Positions 12,017 to 23,252 of a stretch of 64,000 nt of DNA are shown piece by piece. The position numbers and the translations under genes are program-made. The stretch's first letter is position 1. Each line of letters opens with the position of its first letter. This DNA comes from Actinomycetota bacterium (GTDB lineage Bacteria; Actinomycetota; Actinomycetes; Actinomycetales; Cellulomonadaceae), in NCBI GenBank assembly GCA_018898235.1, contig JAHIJU010000247.1:13124-77123 (forward strand). The letters run 5' to 3'. Under the pieces are notes generated by a model, which saw only the letters and a list, made by a program, of their open reading frames with translations, did no database searches and was not told the DNA's origin.

Positions 12017-13187
12017 GCGTGTCGGCGCCCGCCGTCGTCCGCGGTGACGGCACCACGACGGCCTCCCGGGTGCGCAGCCGCTGGCGCCGGTCCCGCGGGC
12101 CGCTCCTGATCCTCGGCCTGCTGGTCATCGGCGCCCTGCTCGCACTGCTGCCGACCCCGCGCACGTCCAACCGGGCACTCGCTCCGGACAACCCGGGTGC
12201 CACCGGTGGCCGCGCGGTCGCCCAGATCCTGCAGCACCAGGGCGTGCAGGTGCAGCAGGTCACCACGAGGGCCGCCGCGATCGAGGCGGCCACCAGCGGC
12301 TCCACGCTCCTGGTCATCGGGGACGCCAACCTCACGCAGGACGACGTCGCGGCCCTGGCGGCCAGTGCCGCCGACCTGGTGCTGGTGGACCTCGACTGGT
12401 CCACCGACCAGTTCATCCCCGGTGTGCAGCCCGGCTGGGGGACCTCGACGCCCAGCACCCGCACCGCATCCTGCGCCGAGTCCGACGCGTCGGCGGCCGG
12501 CACGATCACGGCACGGCGGTGGTTGTGGGTCGACCCGGCCACGGCTGCCCGGACGTGCTTCCCGGATCCCTCCGACCCGACCAGCGCGACCGTCGCCGTC
12601 CTCGACGGCACCCGGGACGTCACGGTGCTCGCCGACGGCTACCCGCTGCGCAACGACGCCCTCGTCGAGGCGGGCAACGCGGCGTTCGCACTGCGGGTGC
12701 TCGGTCACCACGACCACCTGGTGTGGTTCGTGCCGACCGCGGGCGCACCTGCCCCCGCCGGTGGGCTCAGCATGTGGGACCTCATGCCGCCCTGGGTCCT
12801 CGCGGCCACCCTGCAGCTGGCCGTCGTCGGGCTCGCCGCGGCATTCTGGCGCGGGCGCAGGCTCGGGCCCGTGGTCAGCGAGCAGCTCCCGGTGGTCGTC
12901 CCGTCCGCCGAGACCACCCGCGGGCGCGCTCGCCTGTACCGACGGTCCCGTGCGTACGGGCGTGCCGCCGCCGCGCTGCGGGCCGGTACGGCCCTGCGGT
13001 TCGGCGCCCGGCTGGGGCTCCCCCGCTCGGCCACCGGACCGGACCTGGCGGACGCCGTGGCCCGCGCCACCGGCCGGCCCGTCGAACAGGTGAGCGCCCT
13101 GCTGTACGGCCCACCACCGACCAACGACCAGGGGCTCGTCAACCTGGCCCATGAGCTCGACCGCCTGGAAAGCGAGGGACACCGATC

Positions 13188-13191
<4 letters not shown>
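12013..13191 (+). CDS. DUF4350-domain protein
   Basis: ATG at 12013 overlaps DUF4129 stop; PDNPGATGGRAVAQIL, WRGRRLGPVVSEQLPVVVPSAETTRGRARLY. Confidence 0.85.
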
Positions 13192-14309
<1,118 letters not shown>

Positions 14310-14311
14310 CG

Positions 14312-15640
14312 ATGGCGATCACCAGGCGCGCGGTCGGGCTGATGGCGCTCGGCGTGGTGCCGGCCCTGCTGTTCCCGGTCCCGCTGACGGTGCTGGCCTG
14401 GAGCCTGCTGGTCCTGGCGGCCTGTGCGCTCGACGCCGCCCTGGCCGCCTCGCCCCGCCAGGTCGCGGTGCAGCGGGACGTGCCCGGCTCGGTTCGCGTG
14501 CACCAGCCCGCCACGTCGGTCCTCACGCTCACCCACACCGGTCCTCGCCGCCTGCGCGCCGTGGTGCGCGACGCCTGGCCCCCGTCCGCGCTCATCACCG
14601 GCGAGCGGACGGCGGTGCCGCTGCTCGGGGTGCTGACCCCCCGTTCACGGGTCGACCTGGCCCCGGGCGAGGGGGTCCGGGTGCGGACGGCGGTGCGGGC
14701 CAGCCGACGTGGCGACCTGGTCGCACCGTTCGTCGCGATCCGCACGGTGGGCCCGCTCGGGCTCGCCGGCCGCCAGGCACGGGTGCCGCTGGTCGGCCGG
14801 CTGCGCGTGCTTCCGGAGTTCGCCTCCCGTCGCCACCTGCCGTCGAGACTGGCCCGGCTGCGCGAGCTGGACGGTCGGGCGGCCGTCCAGGTGCGGGCGT
14901 CGGGCACCGAGTTCGACTCGTTGCGCGAGTACGTCGACGGCGACGACGTCCGATCCATCGACTGGCGGGCCACCGCCCGTCGGGGCGACGTCGTGGTGCG
15001 CACCTGGCGGCCCGAACGGGACCGGCGCGTGATGGTGGTGCTGGACACCGGCCGGACGAGCGCCGTGCGGGTGCTGGACGCCCCGCGGATCGAGGCCTCC
15101 ATCGAGGCGGCGCTGCTGCTATCCGCGCTGGCCGGCCGGGCGGGCGACCGCGTCGAGCTCCTGGCCTACGACCGCCGCGTCCGCACGCGGGTGGCGGGGG
15201 CCAGCGGCGCCGGTCTCATGGCCGCCATGGCCGAGGCGCTGGCCGGCGTCGAACCGACCCTCGTCGAGACCGACTGGCCCGGCGCGGCCGCCCAGGTGCG
15301 CCAACGCCTGTCACAACGGGCGCTCGTCGTGCTGCTGACCGCGGTCGACCCGGCAGTGGCCGAGGCCGGGCTGCTCGACGTGGTGGCACGGCTGTCCGAA
15401 CGCCACCAGGTGGTCGTGGCCTCGGTCGCCGACCCCGAGCTGGCCGAGCTGCGCGTCGGCCGCGACGATGCCGGTGCGGTGTTCGACGCGGCAGCCGCCG
15501 AACGCGAGGGCCTGGAGCACGCGGCCGTCGCGATGCGGCTGCGGCGGCGCGGCGTGGAGGTGGTCGAGGCCCTGCCCGCCGACCTGGCTCCGCGGCTGGC
15601 GGACACCTACCTGGCGCTCAAGGCCGCCGGGCGCCTGTAG
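14312..15640 (+). CDS. DUF58 (vWA-like) MoxR partner protein
   Basis: GTEFDSLREYVDGDDVRSIDWRATAR, VVLDTGRTS, ends YLALKAAGRL. Confidence 0.92.
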   Translation: MAITRRAVGLMALGVVPALLFPVPLTVLAWSLLVLAACALDAALAASPRQVAVQRDVPGSVRVHQPATSVLTLTHTGPRRLRAVVRDAWPPSALITGERTAVPLLGVLTPRSRVDLAPGEGVRVRTAVRASRRGDLVAPFVAIRTVGPLGLAGRQARVPLVGRLRVLPEFASRRHLPSRLARLRELDGRAAVQVRASGTEFDSLREYVDGDDVRSIDWRATARRGDVVVRTWRPERDRRVMVVLDTGRTSAVRVLDAPRIEASIEAALLLSALAGRAGDRVELLAYDRRVRTRVAGASGAGLMAAMAEALAGVEPTLVETDWPGAAAQVRQRLSQRALVVLLTAVDPAVAEAGLLDVVARLSERHQVVVASVADPELAELRVGRDDAGAVFDAAAAEREGLEHAAVAMRLRRRGVEVVEALPADLAPRLADTYLALKAAGRL

Positions 15641-15654
15641 CGGCGGGACGCCCC

Positions 15655-16644
15655 TCAGCCCGCGGTCGCGACCGCGTACCCCGCGCGGTCGGGCGCGAGG
15701 TCTCCGGTCTCACCCAGCGCCACGGCCCGGCCCCCCAGCAGGAGCGTGTAGGTCCAGAAGCCCGCCAGCGCGAGCGCGCCGATCATCGTCTTGACCGGCC
15801 ACGGCAAACCCGATCCGGTGACGAACCCCTCGATCAGACCGGAGACTGCGAGCACGAGGACCAGGCCGAGCGCGACGGTGAACAGCGCCCGGCCCTCCTC
15901 GGCCAGGGCCCGGCCCCGCGGTCGTGGCCCCGGGACGATCCACGCCCAGAAGATCCGTAGCCCGGCGGCGCCCGCCACGAAGATGGCGGTGAGCTCGAGC
16001 AGGCCGTGCGGGCTGATCAGCTGGAAGAACAGCGGCAGCTGCCCGTGCACCGCCATCACCGCTCCGACCTCGCCGACCCCTACCGCGTTCTGGGCGAGCA
16101 TCAGGACGGGTCCCAGGCCGGTGATCCCCGAGGCCACGCAGACGGCCGCGATCCAGGCGTTGTTCGTCCACACCATCGCCGCGAAGCCCGCACCGGGGTC
16201 GTAGTACTGGGCGAACATCGAGTCCACGTACTGCTGCTGGTCGTCCGGTGACATGACGGCGTTGCGCAGGTCGTCGTGGACCGCCAGGTGCCAGCCGGTC
16301 GCCACGGCGACCACGAAGAACGCGACCATGACGGCCACCGTCCACCAGCGGATCCGGTGCAGCGCCGCCGGGAAGGAGACGAGCAGGAACCGCCGGGCCT
16401 GCTCCCAGGCCGGGACGTGCGCGCCGGCCAGCCTCGCGTGTGCGCGGCCGACCAGCTGGGACAGCCGCATGACGGTGAGCGGGTCCGGCGCCGCCGAGCG
16501 GACCGTGGACAGGTCGGTCGCGACCGAGCGGTAGAGCCGGACCAGCTCGTCCACCTCCGCCCCGGACAGCCGCCGGCTCCGCGACAGCCGGTCGAGCCGG
16601 TCCCACTGGGGGGCGTGCACGGCGGTGAAGGCGTCCAGGTCCAC
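15655..16644 (-). CDS. Stage II sporulation protein M (DUF95)-family membrane protein
   Basis: VDLDAF start, ELVRLYRSVATDLS, VWTNNAW, PHGLLELTAIF, SGLIEGFVT. Confidence 0.9.
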   Translation of the reverse strand: MDLDAFTAVHAPQWDRLDRLSRSRRLSGAEVDELVRLYRSVATDLSTVRSAAPDPLTVMRLSQLVGRAHARLAGAHVPAWEQARRFLLVSFPAALHRIRWWTVAVMVAFFVVAVATGWHLAVHDDLRNAVMSPDDQQQYVDSMFAQYYDPGAGFAAMVWTNNAWIAAVCVASGITGLGPVLMLAQNAVGVGEVGAVMAVHGQLPLFFQLISPHGLLELTAIFVAGAAGLRIFWAWIVPGPRPRGRALAEEGRALFTVALGLVLVLAVSGLIEGFVTGSGLPWPVKTMIGALALAGFWTYTLLLGGRAVALGETGDLAPDRAGYAVATAG

Positions 16645-16700
16645 GGGGACAGCCTGCCACCCGGGACCGCCCGACACCGCGAGTCGGCTACGGTGCTGAT

Positions 16701-17519
16701 GTGACGACCCAGGGCATCCTCACCGGCGAGGGCGTGCTGCTGGAGGCCGAACCGGCGTCGTTCGCCTCCCGGATGCTCGGTGCGGCGCTCGACTACTCGT
16801 TGGCCGCGGCCGTCCTCGTGGCGGCCCTGACCGCCGCGGACGCCGTCGGCAGTGCCTCGGGCTCCGGGGGACGCATCGCGGTCGTCGTCGCGATCGTGAC
16901 GGTGCTCGTGCTGATACCGGTGACCGTCGAGACGTTGTCCCGCGGCCGTTCGCTCGGCCGGCTGGCCAGCGGCGTGCGCATCGTGCGGGACGACGGCGGG
17001 CCTGTGACGGTGCGCCACGCGCTCATCCGCGCGCTCATCGGGGTGATCGAGCTCTGGCTGCTCCTGGGCATCCCCGCGCTCCTCGCCTCGATCGCGAGCC
17101 CCCGCGGTAAACGACTCGGAGACATGGTGGCCGGGACCTATGCGGTCAGGGTCCGGGGCGGCCCGAGCGGGTGGGCACCGCTCACGATGCCCACCCACCT
17201 GGTGGGATGGGCGCAGCACGCCGATGTGGCACGGCTGCCGGACTCCCTGGCACTGGCCGCGCGCCAGTTCCTCGGCCGCGCGCCGCGGCTGAACCCCGCC
17301 TCGCGCGCAGAGCTCGGGAGCCGCCTGACCACCCAGGTCCTGGCCTACGTGCACCCGTGGCCCCCCGCCGGCACGCACCCCGAGTCCTTCCTGGCGGCAG
17401 TCCTGGCCGAACGGCGCGAGCGCGAGCTGGCCACCGAGCAGACCCGCACGCGACGCGCGCACCTGGAGGCCGATGCCTTCACCCGGCTGCCGTACGGCGT
17501 GCCGGACCCCACGACCTGA
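16701..17519 (+). CDS. RDD-family membrane protein
   Basis: TGEGVLLE, SRMLGAALD, GRSLGR...RIVRDDGGP, KRLGDMVAGT; TACGGT lies 6 nt before the GTG (likely leaderless). Confidence 0.9.
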   Translation: MTTQGILTGEGVLLEAEPASFASRMLGAALDYSLAAAVLVAALTAADAVGSASGSGGRIAVVVAIVTVLVLIPVTVETLSRGRSLGRLASGVRIVRDDGGPVTVRHALIRALIGVIELWLLLGIPALLASIASPRGKRLGDMVAGTYAVRVRGGPSGWAPLTMPTHLVGWAQHADVARLPDSLALAARQFLGRAPRLNPASRAELGSRLTTQVLAYVHPWPPAGTHPESFLAAVLAERRERELATEQTRTRRAHLEADAFTRLPYGVPDPTT

Positions 17520-17527
17520 GGGCGGAC

Positions 17528-18490
17528 ATGACCGTCATGGTGACCGGCGGCGCCGGGTACATCGGTTCGCACGTGGTCACGGCCCTGCTGGCCGCCGGCC
17601 GCACCGTCCTGGTGGTCGACGACCTGTCGACCGGACGGCGCGAGTCGATCCCCGACGTGCCCCTCGTGCGGCTCGACCTCGCCGACCCGGACTGCGTGCC
17701 GGAGCTCACCGACGCCGCGCGGGCCCACGGGGTGCGCGCGGCCGTGCACCTGGCGGCCAAGAAGCGGGTCGACGAGTCGGTCGCGCTCCCGCTCCGGTAC
17801 TACGAGCAGAACGTGGGCGGCCTCACCCACCTGCTGCGCGCGCTCGTCGCCGCACAGGTGCGGGACGTCGTGTTCTCGTCCTCGGCGGCCGTGTACGGCA
17901 GCACCGGTCCGGACCCGGTGACCGAGCAGCATCCGACAGCCCCGGTGAACCCCTACGGCCGCACGAAGCTGATCGGCGAGTGGCTGCTGCAGGACTGCGC
18001 GCGCGCCCACGGGCTGCGGACCGTCGCGCTGCGCTACTTCAACGTCGCCGGCGCCGCGCAGCGCAGGCTCGCCGACCACGGCACCGGCAACCTGGTGACC
18101 GCGACGGTGGCCGCGTTGCGCCGCGCGGACGCGCCGCAGGTGTTCGGCAACGACTACGACACGCCGGACGGCACCTGCGTGCGTGACTTCGTGCACGTGC
18201 AGGACGTCGCGGAGGCCCATCTGGCCGCCCTCGACGGCCTCGCTTCCGGTACGCCGCCACCGCCCGTGCTCAACGTGGGCACGGGCCGTGGCACCTCGGT
18301 GGCGCAGGTGGTCGAGCGGCTGTCCGACCTGGCCGGACGGCCCGGCTGTGCGCGTTTCGAGGGCCGACGCGCCGGCGATCCCCCGGCAGTGGTCGCGTGC
18401 GTCGACCTGATCGGCGACCGCCTCGGCTGGCATGCGCGGCACAGTCTCGACGACATGCTGCTCAGCGCCTGGCAGGCAACCTCGGCGTAG
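17528..18490 (+). CDS. galE: UDP-glucose/UDP-GlcNAc 4-epimerase
   Basis: VTGGAGYIGSH, FSSSAAVYG, NPYGRTK (YxxxK), LRYFNVAGA, DYDTPDGTCVRDFVHV; ATG at 17528. Confidence 0.9.
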   Translation: MTVMVTGGAGYIGSHVVTALLAAGRTVLVVDDLSTGRRESIPDVPLVRLDLADPDCVPELTDAARAHGVRAAVHLAAKKRVDESVALPLRYYEQNVGGLTHLLRALVAAQVRDVVFSSSAAVYGSTGPDPVTEQHPTAPVNPYGRTKLIGEWLLQDCARAHGLRTVALRYFNVAGAAQRRLADHGTGNLVTATVAALRRADAPQVFGNDYDTPDGTCVRDFVHVQDVAEAHLAALDGLASGTPPPPVLNVGTGRGTSVAQVVERLSDLAGRPGCARFEGRRAGDPPAVVACVDLIGDRLGWHARHSLDDMLLSAWQATSA

Positions 18491-18517
18491 CGGTCGGAGC
18501 CGCGTCGACCCACGACC

Positions 18518-19354
18518 TCAGTCGACTGCGACGACCTCGGGCGTCCCGAACCGGGCCACCACGGACGAACCGGCCAGCACGAGCACGAAGCCGCCCACCG
18601 CGATCGCCTCACGGCCGGCGGCCGCGTGGTCACCCGCCAGCAGCACGCCCAGCACGGCACCGCCGACGGTCTCGACCCCGGTGACCACCGCGGAGACCGC
18701 GACCGCGGGCGCGCGCTGGAACGCCAGGGCCGTGAGCAGCAGACCCAGACCTCCCCCGGCGGCCGCTGCCCAGGCGGCCGGGGACGCCAGGAGCGCCAGG
18801 GGCGCCAGATCCACCAAGGTGTGCACCCCGGCTGCCAGGACGGAGAACCCGCAACCGGCGAGCAGCGCGAGCATCACCCCCAGACCCTTCGTCGGCGGAC
18901 GAGCCGCCGCCCACGCCCCCACCCCGGCGATCACCAGGACGGCACCCACCAGCACGGCCGGGGCGTGCGCGGAGCTCCCGGCCCGGACGGTCGTGGTCGA
19001 CGACGCCAGCAGCACCAGGCCCACGCCGGTGAGCCCCAGACCACCCCATTCGAGCGGTCTCATCCGGGTACCGAGCACCCGCACCGCGAGCAGCGCGGCC
19101 ACGGCCAGGGACGACGCACGCCCCGCCTGGACGACGAACACCGGCAGCACCCGAAGTGCGACGAACGCGAGCGCGAACCCTGCCGCCACCAGCACCAGCG
19201 CGGCGAGGTAGGTACGGTCCTGCACCAGCCGCCACACGAGCGCGACATGCATCCTGTCGGTGCCCTGCCCGGCGCGCGCCGCGCGGGCCTGCAGCACGAG
19301 CGCCGCCCCCGAGCAGAGCGCGGCCAGACCAACCGCAACCAGTGCCCAACTCAC
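18518..19354 (-). CDS. DMT/EamA-like multi-pass membrane protein (candidate flippase)
   Basis: About 9 hydrophobic helices; ALRVLPVFVVQA pattern of DMT-superfamily proteins; GGAGG RBS before GTG 19354. Confidence 0.65.
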   Translation of the reverse strand: MSWALVAVGLAALCSGAALVLQARAARAGQGTDRMHVALVWRLVQDRTYLAALVLVAAGFALAFVALRVLPVFVVQAGRASSLAVAALLAVRVLGTRMRPLEWGGLGLTGVGLVLLASSTTTVRAGSSAHAPAVLVGAVLVIAGVGAWAAARPPTKGLGVMLALLAGCGFSVLAAGVHTLVDLAPLALLASPAAWAAAAGGGLGLLLTALAFQRAPAVAVSAVVTGVETVGGAVLGVLLAGDHAAAGREAIAVGGFVLVLAGSSVVARFGTPEVVAVD

Positions 19355-19484
19355 ACAGACCCTCCGCACGCCGCGACCTGACATCACTTGTGGGAGAACT
19401 ATGCTCCCTCCGTTGGATCGGGCGACCGACCAGGTCACGCACCTGGTCGTGACCCTGTCGAGGCCTCGAGCAGGGGGAATTCGG

Positions 19485-20699
19485 ATGGGGCAAGGCCGTG
19501 CCGCGGGCGCGGGAACGACGGGGACACCCGAGGTGCGGCGCTATCCGTGGACGCTCGTCCTGGCCGCGTTCATCGGCGTGACCCTCGTCCTGACAGCAGT
19601 CGTCGCACGCGTCGACGCCACCACCGGCACCACCGGCGCCACCGGCGTGCACTGGATCGACGGCTGGTTCCACTTCGACTCCGGCTGGTACTGGGCGATC
19701 ACCCAGAACGGCTACTTCTACAGCCCGGGCCAGCAGTCCTCGATCGCCTTCTTCCCGGTCTTCCCGCTCGCCACGCGGGGCCTGGTCCAGGTGTTCGGCC
19801 TGGCGGGAACGGATGCCGGCACCCAGGTAGTCGGTCAGCTGCTCGCCCTGCTGTCCGGGCTCGGCGCTGTCCTGCTGTTCGGCCGCTGGGTCTGGGACCG
19901 CCTGCCGAGTCGCTCGGCGGCCCTCGCGATCGCCGTCGTCCTGGCCTACCCCTACACGTTGTTCCTGCACGGCGCGATGTACGCCGACGGGATGTTCCTC
20001 CTCCTGGCGCTCTGCGCGTTCATGCTGCTGGACCGCCGTTGGTTCCTGGCGGCAGGCGTCGTCGGCGCGCTCGCCGTCGCCAGCCGCCCGTTCGGGGTGG
20101 CCGTCGCGGTCGGCCTCACGGTGCGGACGTTGGAGCTGCTGGCGGCGGACGACGGTGGCGACGGCTGGCGCGACATCGTGCGGGCCGTGCGCCGCGTACG
20201 CCTCCGGCACACAGCCGTGCTGCTGTCGTTCGGCGGGCTGGTCGCCTGGATGGTCTACCTCGGGACGACGTTCGGCGACCCGCTGGCGTTCGTCAAGGCG
20301 GAGTCGGCCCCCGGCTGGGACCAGGGCGTGGGCCCCCACACCTGGTTCAAGGTGGCCTTCTTCGGTGCACTCGTCCACGGCCACTGGCGGATGGGGGCGA
20401 ACCTCGGTCTGCAGGCCCTCGCCTGTCTGCTGGTGGTGCTGCTCATCCCCCGGGTGGTCCGCAGGTTCGGCTGGGGCTACGCGGCGTACACGGCGGTGGT
20501 CATCGCCATCCCCATCCTCGGGACCAAGGACTTCATGGGTGCGGGACGGTACGCGCTCGCCGCCTTCCCGGCGCTGGCCGTCGGCGGGGACTGGCTCGCA
20601 GCGCGACCCCGCTGGGTCACGGTCGTGGCCCTCAGCTTCATGACGGTCGTGATGATCATCCTGACCTGGTACTTCGCATCTGATAGAGAGGTCTCATGA
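19485..20699 (+). CDS. GT-C fold membrane glycosyltransferase (PIG-V/mannosyltransferase-like)
   Basis: WFHFDSGWYWAITQNGY...AFFPVFP, MYADGMFL, TFGDPLAFVKA, GRYALAAFP match GT76/PIG-V-like motifs; start uncertain. Confidence 0.8.
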   Translation: MGQGRAAGAGTTGTPEVRRYPWTLVLAAFIGVTLVLTAVVARVDATTGTTGATGVHWIDGWFHFDSGWYWAITQNGYFYSPGQQSSIAFFPVFPLATRGLVQVFGLAGTDAGTQVVGQLLALLSGLGAVLLFGRWVWDRLPSRSAALAIAVVLAYPYTLFLHGAMYADGMFLLLALCAFMLLDRRWFLAAGVVGALAVASRPFGVAVAVGLTVRTLELLAADDGGDGWRDIVRAVRRVRLRHTAVLLSFGGLVAWMVYLGTTFGDPLAFVKAESAPGWDQGVGPHTWFKVAFFGALVHGHWRMGANLGLQALACLLVVLLIPRVVRRFGWGYAAYTAVVIAIPILGTKDFMGAGRYALAAFPALAVGGDWLAARPRWVTVVALSFMTVVMIILTWYFASDREVS

Positions 20700-21418
20700 C
20701 CAGCGCCGGTGTCCTGTCCATCTTCTTCCCGATGTGGAACGAGGAGGCCTACGCCGAACGCGCCGTCGATGCCGCGCGCACGATCTGCCGCGAGCTCGTC
20801 GACGAGGGTGCGATCAGCGACTACGAGCTCATCGTCGTCGACGACGCCTCGACCGACCGGACGCCCGAGATCGCCGATGCCATGGCCGCCGCCGACCCGC
20901 ACGTGCGGGTCGTGCACCATGAGCACAACCGCAAGCTCGGTGGCTCGATCAAGACGGGCCTGGCGGCGAGCACGGGCGACCTGGTGCTCTACACCGACGC
21001 CGACCTGCCCTGGGAGATGGGCGAGCTGCGTCGGGCCCTGCGGGTGCTGCGCACCTACGAGGTCGACGTCGTGAGCGCCTACCGCCTCGACCGCACGGGC
21101 GAGGGTCCCCAGCGCACCATCTACTCGTTCTTCTACAACGGCCTGATCCAGGCGATGTTCGGCACCCGGATCCGGGACATCAACTTCTCGTTCAAGCTGT
21201 TCACGCGGCAGGTGCTCGATGTCGTGCACCCGGTGAGCGAGAGCTCGTTCATCGACGCCGAGCTCGTGATCCGGGCGCGCAACGCGGGCTTCCAGATCCT
21301 CCAGATCGGGGTCGACTACTTCCCGCGAACCCGCGGGATCTCGACCCTGTCCTCCCCCGCCGTGATCCGGGCCCTCCTGCGGGAGCTGTTCGCGCTGCGC
21401 CGCGAGCTGCACCGATGA
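20696..21418 (+). CDS. GT2 polyprenol-phosphate glycosyltransferase (DPM1-like)
   Basis: SIFFPMWNEE, IVVDDASTD, YTDAD, DINFSFKLF; 240 aa; ATGA overlap with GT-C gene. Confidence 0.88.
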   Translation: MTSAGVLSIFFPMWNEEAYAERAVDAARTICRELVDEGAISDYELIVVDDASTDRTPEIADAMAAADPHVRVVHHEHNRKLGGSIKTGLAASTGDLVLYTDADLPWEMGELRRALRVLRTYEVDVVSAYRLDRTGEGPQRTIYSFFYNGLIQAMFGTRIRDINFSFKLFTRQVLDVVHPVSESSFIDAELVIRARNAGFQILQIGVDYFPRTRGISTLSSPAVIRALLRELFALRRELHR

Positions 21419-22266
21419 CCCGTTCGCTCGTCGTGACCGCCGACGACCTCGGCCTGAGCCCGGGCGTCAACGCAGCGGTCGCGGCCGGGTACGACCACGG
21501 CATCGTGACCGCGACGTCGCTGCTGGCCGTCGGCCGGGCCTTCGAGGACGCGGCCCACGTGCTGCGCGAACGCCCCGGTCTCGAGCTCGGTGCCCACCTG
21601 GCGCTGGTGGGCGAGGACCCGCCCCTGCTCGGTGCCTCGCAGATCCCGACGTTGGTCGACGCCCACGGCGCCTTCCCTCTGTCGTACCGCACGGTCGTGG
21701 CCCGCGGGTTGACGGGTCGACTCGACCCGGACGATGTGCGTCGGGAGCTGTCTGCCCAGCTGGACCGCGTGCTGAGCCTGGGCCTGCCGGTCACCCACGT
21801 CGACACCCACCAGCACACCCACCTGTGGCCCGCGGTCGCGGCCGTCGTGCTGGACCTGGCCCGCGAGGCCGGGGTCCCGGCGGTGCGTCTGACGACGAGT
21901 CACGCGCACTCGGTCGTGGGCCTCGGGGTGCGCACCCTGGCCCGTCCGCTGCGCCGACGTGCCGCACGGACCGGTCTGGTGGGCACCGCCGACTACGCCG
22001 GACTGGACGAGGCCGGGTCGATGGACGCCGCCCGCTTCGCGTCGACGCTGCGTTCGGCCGCACGGCGGGGGGCCGCCAGCCTGGAGATCAACGCGCACCC
22101 CGGGACCGCGGACGAGGCGGCGCTCACGCGGTTCGACTGGGGCTATCACTGGGCGCAGGAGCAGGCGATGCTCCTGGACCCCGCCACCCGGGCCCTCGTC
22201 GCGGAGTGCGGATACCGCCTGACCGGGTTCAGCGAGCTGTCCGGGCCTGACGACCTCGCAGGCTGA
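21415..22266 (+). CDS. YdjC/ChbG/HpnK-family carbohydrate deacetylase
   Basis: VTADDLG, GAHLAL, THVDTHQHTH, EINAHPG; ATGA overlap with GT2 gene. Confidence 0.9.
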   Translation: MTRSLVVTADDLGLSPGVNAAVAAGYDHGIVTATSLLAVGRAFEDAAHVLRERPGLELGAHLALVGEDPPLLGASQIPTLVDAHGAFPLSYRTVVARGLTGRLDPDDVRRELSAQLDRVLSLGLPVTHVDTHQHTHLWPAVAAVVLDLAREAGVPAVRLTTSHAHSVVGLGVRTLARPLRRRAARTGLVGTADYAGLDEAGSMDAARFASTLRSAARRGAASLEINAHPGTADEAALTRFDWGYHWAQEQAMLLDPATRALVAECGYRLTGFSELSGPDDLAG

Positions 22267-22270
22267 GCTC

Positions 22271-23194
22271 TCAGCCCGCCTCGACCACGCGACGCAGATC
22301 CGGTTCGAGGTAGATGACCTGAGCGGTCGGCACGGCCGCCCGAACCCTGGCCTCGGCCTCGTCGATCGCCTGGGCGATGACTGCGGCATCGCCGTGGGAG
22401 ATCTCTATCTTGGCGGCGACCAGGAGCTCCTCGGGCCCCAGGTGCAGCGTCCGCAGGTGGATGACCGAGGTGACCGCACCACCCACGAGCGCGGCCCTGA
22501 TCGCCGTCACGTCCTGCTCCGAGGCCGACTCGCCGATGAGCAGCGAGCTCATCTCGATGGCCAGGACCACCGCGATCACCACGAGCAGCAGACCGATGCC
22601 CGCGGTGCCCGCGGCGTCCCACCGACCATCCCCGGTGAGCAGCGTGAGCCCGATGCCGAACGCGGCGAGGATCAGACCGACGAGGGCGCCGGCGTCCTCC
22701 AGCAGCACGACGGGCAGCTCGGGAGCCTTGGCCGTCCGGACGAACTGCCCCCAGGACCGCGTCCCACGCACGTGGTTCGACTCGCCCACCGCGGTACGCA
22801 GCGAGCTGCCCTCCATCACCATGGACACCGCGAGGACGACCAGCGGCACCCACCACCAGGTCCCCTCGATCGGGTGCGGGTCCCCCCACTTGTGCCACGC
22901 CTCGTAGAGGGCGAACAGCCCGCCGAGGCTGAACAGCACGATCGAGACGATGAACGCGTAGACGTAGCGTTCGCGCCCGTAGCCGAACGGGTGGTCGGAG
23001 TCGGCCGCTCGGCGCGAACGCCGGCCGCCGATCAGCAGCAGCAGCTGGTTCCCGGAGTCCGCGAAGGAGTGCACGGACTCGGCGAGCATCGAGCTGGACT
23101 GGGTGAGCAGGTAGGCCACGAACTTGGTGGCCGCGATCCCCAGGTTGGCCGCCAGCGCCGCGATGATCGCCCTGTTCCCGCTACCGCTCGACAT
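22271..23194 (-). CDS. Cation diffusion facilitator family transporter
   Basis: AALAANLGIAATKF, SMLAESVHSFADSGNQ, HPFGYGRERY, LLEDAGAL, IYLEPD. Confidence 0.93.
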   Translation of the reverse strand: MSSGSGNRAIIAALAANLGIAATKFVAYLLTQSSSMLAESVHSFADSGNQLLLLIGGRRSRRAADSDHPFGYGRERYVYAFIVSIVLFSLGGLFALYEAWHKWGDPHPIEGTWWWVPLVVLAVSMVMEGSSLRTAVGESNHVRGTRSWGQFVRTAKAPELPVVLLEDAGALVGLILAAFGIGLTLLTGDGRWDAAGTAGIGLLLVVIAVVLAIEMSSLLIGESASEQDVTAIRAALVGGAVTSVIHLRTLHLGPEELLVAAKIEISHGDAAVIAQAIDEAEARVRAAVPTAQVIYLEPDLRRVVEAG

Positions 23195-23252
23195 CCGTGC
23201 TCCCTCGTCCGTTGACCGTGCGCAGCCTAACGGGGCCCCCGGGGGTCAGGAC

